Below, piece by piece: positions 58,609-64,000 of a stretch of DNA of 64,000 bases. Every line of letters begins with the position of its first letter. Within the stretch, counting starts at the first letter, position 1. The stretch spans positions 80,072-144,071 of the forward strand of contig JBHLMQ010000006.1 of the NCBI GenBank assembly GCA_048938005.1, written 5' to 3'. Below the pieces are notes generated by a model. It was not told where the DNA came from, searched no databases, and saw only the letters and a list, made by a program, of their open reading frames with translations. Source of the stretch: Promethearchaeota archaeon. Its GTDB lineage: Archaea; Asgardarchaeota; Lokiarchaeia; Sigyniarchaeales; SOKP01. The position numbers and the translations under genes are program-made.

Positions 58609-60030
58609 TTAATCCTCCTTTAACAAATTATTTGGATTCATTAAAATAGTGCATGTTACATGAGAACCGACACCAGCATGAGAAATAGCTAATCCTCTTT
58701 TTGCTCCTTTAACTTGCAAACTTGTCCAATCTTTTGGTTTTTCTCTCTCAAATTTTTTCCATTTTTCTTCTGGTTCGTGGATCTCATCCCATCGATTCCA
58801 AATATGATATCCAATTTCCGCAATTTGCATAAGACCTGTTGCTCCTACTGCATGCATGCACCCAATCAATCCACCACAGGGATTACTTGGTAATTTTCCT
58901 GGCCTTTTTGTATTTGGATTAATAACATAAGCATCACCAGATTCAATATAGTCTCTTCCTTCACCATACGGTCGAATACCTATATCCTCATATGTTTGTA
59001 TATCACTAATTGTAAATGCATCATGTAATTCAACTACATCTAGATCTTCAGATGGATCTATTACTCCCGACATATTGTATGCATAATATGCAGACATTCT
59101 AGCTGCTAAAAAACTAGAAAAGCCAGGGTATCTATCTCCTCCCGGAAATCTTTTTCCTAGATCATCATATTGATCTGTTCTTTCATTTGGTAAAAGAGGT
59201 ATTTTCATATCTCTTCGATCAGCTACTCTTAGAGTATGACTTCCTGCCGCAATATAAATCCTGAGTGGTTTATCAGTTATTTCATATGCTGTTTTTTCAT
59301 CGCAGACAATTCCACATGCCGCTCCTACACTCATTAAGCAACAATCTAAAGCACGAAGGGGATAAGCAACTATAGGGGAGTTAAGTACATCTTCAACAGT
59401 TATTTTCAAGGGTCCTTGAGCGTGAGGATTCATTCTAGCATAACCGCGATTTTTGACAGCAATTTCTGCCATAGTATTTCTAAATGAATCTTCTTCCATG
59501 CCAAAAATTTTCCAATATCTTTGAGCCATAACTGCATAATAGCCTGTATATATATGTCCAAGGGGTGTTTCCCAATCTTTATCTGCTGCACATGAAATAA
59601 GATGGTTTCCTTCATCAGTGGGAACTTCATCCATCCTCTCCCACCCTAATGCTAGAGCACAATCACTATATCCTGAAGCTACAGTTTTAACTGCCTCCCA
59701 CATAGCAGAACCCCCTGTAGCACCGCCAGTTTTTACTCCAATATTTCCTAATGGATCTAAACCAAGTCTATCGTGAATTACTGCTTCTCCAAGTAATTGA
59801 TCTCCAAAATGATCTGCAAAATGACCATAATAACAAGTATGAATATATTGTTTTAATTCATTTGGTGTCATTTTTACGAAATCTGCTGCTGCTGTTAAAG
59901 CATCAATGCACAATTCTTCAGTTCGCGTTTCTGGAAAAGCTCTGTCAAATTTTGACATCCCTACTGTAGCTAAATAAACTGGTCGCATTAATTTCGGTAT
60001 TTTTAATTGTTTATCACTAAATTTAATCAT
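58609..60030 (-). CDS. SCP2-type thiolase-fold protein lacking the nucleophilic Cys
   Basis: GVKTGGATGGS, VKNR, ELHDAF, MHAVGATG, SHAGVG. Confidence 0.88.
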   Translation of the reverse strand: MIKFSDKQLKIPKLMRPVYLATVGMSKFDRAFPETRTEELCIDALTAAADFVKMTPNELKQYIHTCYYGHFADHFGDQLLGEAVIHDRLGLDPLGNIGVKTGGATGGSAMWEAVKTVASGYSDCALALGWERMDEVPTDEGNHLISCAADKDWETPLGHIYTGYYAVMAQRYWKIFGMEEDSFRNTMAEIAVKNRGYARMNPHAQGPLKITVEDVLNSPIVAYPLRALDCCLMSVGAACGIVCDEKTAYEITDKPLRIYIAAGSHTLRVADRRDMKIPLLPNERTDQYDDLGKRFPGGDRYPGFSSFLAARMSAYYAYNMSGVIDPSEDLDVVELHDAFTISDIQTYEDIGIRPYGEGRDYIESGDAYVINPNTKRPGKLPSNPCGGLIGCMHAVGATGLMQIAEIGYHIWNRWDEIHEPEEKWKKFEREKPKDWTSLQVKGAKRGLAISHAGVGSHVTCTILMNPNNLLKED

Positions 60031-60200
60031 AACTAATTCACTTTTTAGAGTTTCATGCCTTTTTGTTAAAATATTTAATTTTCGAAATACATTCGATATT
60101 TTATTGTTATGTTTTATTTTGATTAAAACATTTCTAATTGAATGTTAAAATAGAGATGGGAAAAAAATCCTATTTGATTTAGAAGAAAATTTAAAATTAT

Positions 60201-61514
60201 TTGAAAATTGACTTACTCATAATGGATACAAGACTCCCAGAATTTCCAAAAATAGAAATTAGTAGAAATGTACCTGAATTAGATTTAATAAATAACCCAA
60301 TATTTAACACAAAAGAAAAGACATTTTTAACTGAATTCTATGATTACATGGAAGAAAATCTTGAAAAAGATTTGAAAAAATTAGAAGAATTAAATTATTC
60401 GGCAGAGGAACCAATTCAAGAAAAGAAAAAAGGAATAGTAGTTAATTTTATGAAAAAATTAGCAGAAAAGGGTTATTATAGTACGGTAATCGATTTTGAG
60501 GATCATGATATTGGTAATGTAACCAGAAATGCTCTTATTGCATTAGTATTATGTGGTGGCTTTTGGTCTTCAAATAGCGATAGATATGTGAATGGGAATT
60601 GGAGTATAGAAATGGGCAGATTAGCGGGGGGAACTCTTTATTGCAATCCCGTCAATTATAAGGCTAACGAATATCAAAGAGAGAAATATCTTATCCCCGT
60701 TGTAAAAGATGGCTTGATGGCAGCTTCTGCTATGACTGAATTTAATGCTGGTAGTGATATCGTTAGAATTGAGTTAATACTTGATGATAAAGGAGATAAA
60801 GTTATCGCGAATGGGAAAAAACTTTTTATTACTAATGGAATGTTGGCAGATTATATTATTCTTTATGGTAGATTAAATAGTGGAAGATTAGGGGGAATTA
60901 TAGTAGATACAGAATATCAGCAATTAAAAAATTTCGAATCTTCAAGAGTAAGAACTTATGGAATGAATGATGCTTTTGTTAGTCGTTTAGTTTTTGATGA
61001 TGCTGAACTTCCTAAAGAAAATCTTCTAGAAGGAGATGGTTTAGATATTATGTTTCATCAATTGACTGAAGAAAGATTAGTTATTAGTGCTGAGGCTATA
61101 GGTGATTGCATCAAAAAGTTATTCTTTTCTCATAGTTTTGCTCTTCAACGTGAACAATTTGAACGAAAATTACACCAATATCAAATAATTAGATTTCCAA
61201 TCGCTCAAAATCTGCGTCAAACGAATTTATTCCTTTCAGCTCTAATAAATTACGCTCGTGAGATTGATAAACGGACAAATATGGCTAGTTCTAAAATAAT
61301 GGCTTCTCAAATTATGGGATTAAAAATTCAAACATGTGAATTAGCATTTCAGAGTTCCATTGATTTATTTAGAACAATGGGAGGACGTGCTTTCACTGAA
61401 CAATACCGTAATCAATTTGGTCTCCTTGATGCATTTTGCATGGTACATGGTGGTGGAAGTCATTATGTGTTAGGAGATGCTGAATCAAGAAGATTATTTA
61501 AAACTAAAAAATGA
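60201..61514 (+). CDS. Acyl-CoA dehydrogenase, AtuD/IVD-like signature (start may be ATG at 60222)
   Basis: AMTEFNAGSD, NGKKLFITNG, QLTEERL, REQF, MGGR, VHGGGS. Confidence 0.9.
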   Translation: MKIDLLIMDTRLPEFPKIEISRNVPELDLINNPIFNTKEKTFLTEFYDYMEENLEKDLKKLEELNYSAEEPIQEKKKGIVVNFMKKLAEKGYYSTVIDFEDHDIGNVTRNALIALVLCGGFWSSNSDRYVNGNWSIEMGRLAGGTLYCNPVNYKANEYQREKYLIPVVKDGLMAASAMTEFNAGSDIVRIELILDDKGDKVIANGKKLFITNGMLADYIILYGRLNSGRLGGIIVDTEYQQLKNFESSRVRTYGMNDAFVSRLVFDDAELPKENLLEGDGLDIMFHQLTEERLVISAEAIGDCIKKLFFSHSFALQREQFERKLHQYQIIRFPIAQNLRQTNLFLSALINYAREIDKRTNMASSKIMASQIMGLKIQTCELAFQSSIDLFRTMGGRAFTEQYRNQFGLLDAFCMVHGGGSHYVLGDAESRRLFKTKK

Positions 61515-61673
61515 AGAAGTTCTTTATTCACCCTCGATTTCTATTTCTAATTCGCAGTATTTTCACCTTTAAAAATGTATAATAATAGAATTATTCTACT
61601 GAAATGCTTTACTTTTATTAAAAATCTCAAGAGAATACATTATTAAATAAAATATCTTAATTTATTATAGACA

Positions 61674-62648
61674 ATGGATTACTACAAATTCGAAAGCTTC
61701 GACGTTACGCCATTAATAAAACAATATCGTGGAAAAAGATTAGAAGATTTATTTAATAAGCACTATCGAATTATTGAGAACAAAATGGGCGAATTTATTG
61801 AATTCTTTTGGGAGGAAAAAGATATTCCTTCTGAAATAGATTTGATAAAAACCCAGAAAAAGATGACATATAATCTTAAGACAGTAAATTTCATTGGAGA
61901 ATATATCGAAAAAAAATTAAAAAAAAGAGGAATAAACACTCTAAAAGATTTAAAGTATAATTTGAACTTTAGTAGTTCAGCTAGCAAAATTTTAGATTTA
62001 ATAAGGAAAAAAGATTATAAAATCCTTAAAACAAATAGATACATTAATGATCTAGATGTTAGTTTTTGTTTCAAAATTGAAGACTTTCTTTTTATAGATA
62101 TTGAAACACTAGGAATTATTGATAGTCCTATTATTATTGTAGGGATTGGATTTTTTGAAAATGAGCAATTTAAGATAGAAATTTTCTTCGCAAGAGAATT
62201 AGAAGAAGAAATCGCAATTTGCGAACACCTTAAAACACAAATTCTTCCAAATTTTAAATGTTTTGTTTCTTATAATGGAAAAACATTCGATATCCCCTTT
62301 TTAGCAAATCGATTTTTGTATTTTTTTGAAGAAAATCCAATGGTTTCAGAAGATGATCCACCTTATGAAAAATGTAATACAAAACTTCATCATATAGATT
62401 TATATCATCATTGTCGTCGGTTGTTTAAAGGGAAATTTTACAATTATACTTTAACAAATATTGAAGATAAGTTATTAAATTGGAAAAGACAAAATGAGCT
62501 ACCAAGCAATCTTGTTGGATTATGTTACCGCAAATATAAGGAAAATCCAGAAAGATATATTGGTTTAATGAAGGAAGTTATCGAGCATAATTATTATGAT
62601 ATTTATTCAATGCCTTTAATTCTTAAAACGCTATTAGAAAATTTTTAA
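61674..62648 (+). CDS. YprB/MrfB-like RNase H-superfamily 3'-5' exonuclease with HhH segment
   Basis: FIDIETLG, SYNGKTFDIP, HIDL, LTNIE, HNYYD; HhH-like FIGEYIEKKLKKRGI. Confidence 0.85.
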   Translation: MDYYKFESFDVTPLIKQYRGKRLEDLFNKHYRIIENKMGEFIEFFWEEKDIPSEIDLIKTQKKMTYNLKTVNFIGEYIEKKLKKRGINTLKDLKYNLNFSSSASKILDLIRKKDYKILKTNRYINDLDVSFCFKIEDFLFIDIETLGIIDSPIIIVGIGFFENEQFKIEIFFARELEEEIAICEHLKTQILPNFKCFVSYNGKTFDIPFLANRFLYFFEENPMVSEDDPPYEKCNTKLHHIDLYHHCRRLFKGKFYNYTLTNIEDKLLNWKRQNELPSNLVGLCYRKYKENPERYIGLMKEVIEHNYYDIYSMPLILKTLLENF

Positions 62649-62660
62649 AAAGAAGTTAAT

Positions 62661-63035
62661 TTAGGCTTTTAAAAAGCGTTCAATTGTTCGATAAACATCT
62701 TCCTCTTTGAAAGGTTTTTTAATGTAATCTTTAGCCCCCTTTTCTGTTGCCTCAAGAATTGTTAGCTCCTGCCCCATTGCGGATATTACAATTATATTAG
62801 CTTTTTTATCGAGTTTCATAATTTCCTCAATTGCTTTTATACCATCTGCATTTGGCATTATCAGATCCATTGTAACTAAATCTGGTTTCAATTCTTTGTA
62901 TAAAGATACTGCTTCAATTCCATTTGAAGCTTCACCGACTACTTCAGCAAAATCAATTTTTTCTATTACTTTTTTGATTCGATTTCTTACAAATTGAGCA
63001 TCATCTACCACAAGAATTCCTTTTTTCTTTGGCAT
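62661..63035 (-). CDS. cheY: Single-domain CheY-like response regulator
   Basis: VVDD, TMDLIMPNADG, SAMGQ, GAKDYIKKPF. Confidence 0.85.
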   Translation of the reverse strand: MPKKKGILVVDDAQFVRNRIKKVIEKIDFAEVVGEASNGIEAVSLYKELKPDLVTMDLIMPNADGIKAIEEIMKLDKKANIIVISAMGQELTILEATEKGAKDYIKKPFKEEDVYRTIERFLKA

Positions 63036-63230
63036 GGTATAATATCCTTTTTTTGATGCAAAAATTAGCTGTACTTATATATCAACTTAATTTGCTATTA
63101 TAAAGTTTTACTTTTAGAAAAAATATGTTTTATCCACACGAATAATTGAATTTTATGAACAATGTAAGATTAATTTTTAGTCTGTTTAGTCATATCCAGA
63201 AAATTAATTTAGATTCGACAATTTTTCAAA

Positions 63231-64000
63231 ATGATAGATATGGAAGATTTAGAAAAGAAACTATTTAATCAATCTTGGAATTATAAAAATAGAAATGAAA
63301 TCATAAAAAGACTGCAGGAAGCAGATTACGATATTGTAATTATTGGGGCGGGGATTACAGGAGCAGCAGTTGCTAGAGAAGCATCAATGAGGGGATTAAA
63401 AGTTGCTTGTGTCGATATGCAAGATTTTGCTGCTGGTACATCTTCAAGAAGTTCAAAAATAGCTCATGGAGGATTAAGATATATCGCTCAAAGTGAAATG
63501 GATTTGGTAAGAGTAGCGTCAAGAGAAAGAAATTGGATGCGAGTACAAATACCTCATTTAGTCAGGCCAATACCATTTCATATACCCGTAATAGAGGGAG
63601 CAAAGTTTAAAAAAAGACAATTAGCTGCAGCACTTAAAATTTACGATTTTCTAAGTGATGATAAATCTGAATTTATAAATTTTAAAAAACATAAGTGGCA
63701 CTCTGCTGAGGAAATTTTCGAATTAGAACCCGAATTTTTAAGAGATGGAAACTTAGGAGGAGCTATCTATTATGATACTAATATCGATGATGCTAGATTG
63801 ACAATTGAAATATTAAAAGAAGCTGTTATAAGGGGAGCTGATGTTCTAAATTACTGTAAAGTAAATGGATATATCAAAAAAGATAACATAATTATAGGGG
63901 TTAAATGTAAAGATTTAGAAAATAATAACGATTTTGAAATCAAAGGGACTTTGGTTGTTAATGCAACAGGAACTTGGACAGATGAATTGCTTGAGCTTTA
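63231..64000 (+). CDS. glpA: FAD-dependent glycerol-3-phosphate dehydrogenase (GlpA/GlpD family), truncated at the window edge
   Basis: Translated by hand: DIVIIGAGITG...RGLKVACVDMQDFAAGTSSRSSKIAHGGLRY...DDARL...VNATGTWTD. Confidence 0.9.
   Translation, partial: MIDMEDLEKKLFNQSWNYKNRNEIIKRLQEADYDIVIIGAGITGAAVAREASMRGLKVACVDMQDFAAGTSSRSSKIAHGGLRYIAQSEMDLVRVASRERNWMRVQIPHLVRPIPFHIPVIEGAKFKKRQLAAALKIYDFLSDDKSEFINFKKHKWHSAEEIFELEPEFLRDGNLGGAIYYDTNIDDARLTIEILKEAVIRGADVLNYCKVNGYIKKDNIIIGVKCKDLENNNDFEIKGTLVVNATGTWTDELLEL

Noticed and set aside
1-64000. CRISPR arrays, tRNA/rRNA, IS elements, prophage
   Set aside because: No regularly spaced repeats, GC-rich structured RNA segments, transposase or viral ORFs were seen by eye; intergenic A/T runs look like ordinary terminators.

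Overview
AT-rich archaeal DNA, most likely from an Asgard archaeon of the Lokiarchaeia type. This is inferred from a stand-alone longin-like protein, Alba, archaeal cdhB/cdhC, archaeal BRE/TATA promoters, GGAGGTGA-type Shine-Dalgarno (SD) sites and a large lipid-catabolism expansion. About 55 CDS are supported; I saw no rRNA, tRNA, CRISPR array or transposase. The left ~18 kb is mixed: SDR, HEH-SWIM-OB protein, TetR with a perfect Bacillus FadR-type operator, PHP, Mre11-like nuclease, 7TM protein, longin, M28 peptidase, cdhBC/cooT and alba. The remaining ~45 kb is dominated by a lipid-catabolic region: 3 acyl-CoA ligases, 2 acyl-CoA dehydrogenases (ACADs) with the isovaleryl/citronellyl-CoA-type signature, 4 crotonases, 6 thiolase-fold proteins that all lack the nucleophilic Cys and are paired 1:1 with 6 DUF35 proteins (including two Ltp4/Ltp3-like modules), 2 SCP2, 2 BKACE, Fe-ADH, AOR, a CrtI/RetSat-like flavoprotein with its reductase, and GlpA/D. 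The window has no 3-hydroxyacyl-CoA dehydrogenase. Main hypothesis: an anaerobic retro-aldol route for beta-methyl-branched (isoprenoid or steroid side-chain) lipids. Other leads: apparent AUU/AUA start codons, PIP-like peptides on an orphan DNA methyltransferase and on the Mre11-like protein, an HbYX-tailed protein, a frameshifted DUF362 gene and a compositionally foreign ABC operon. All family calls come from motif reading by eye; no database searches were run.
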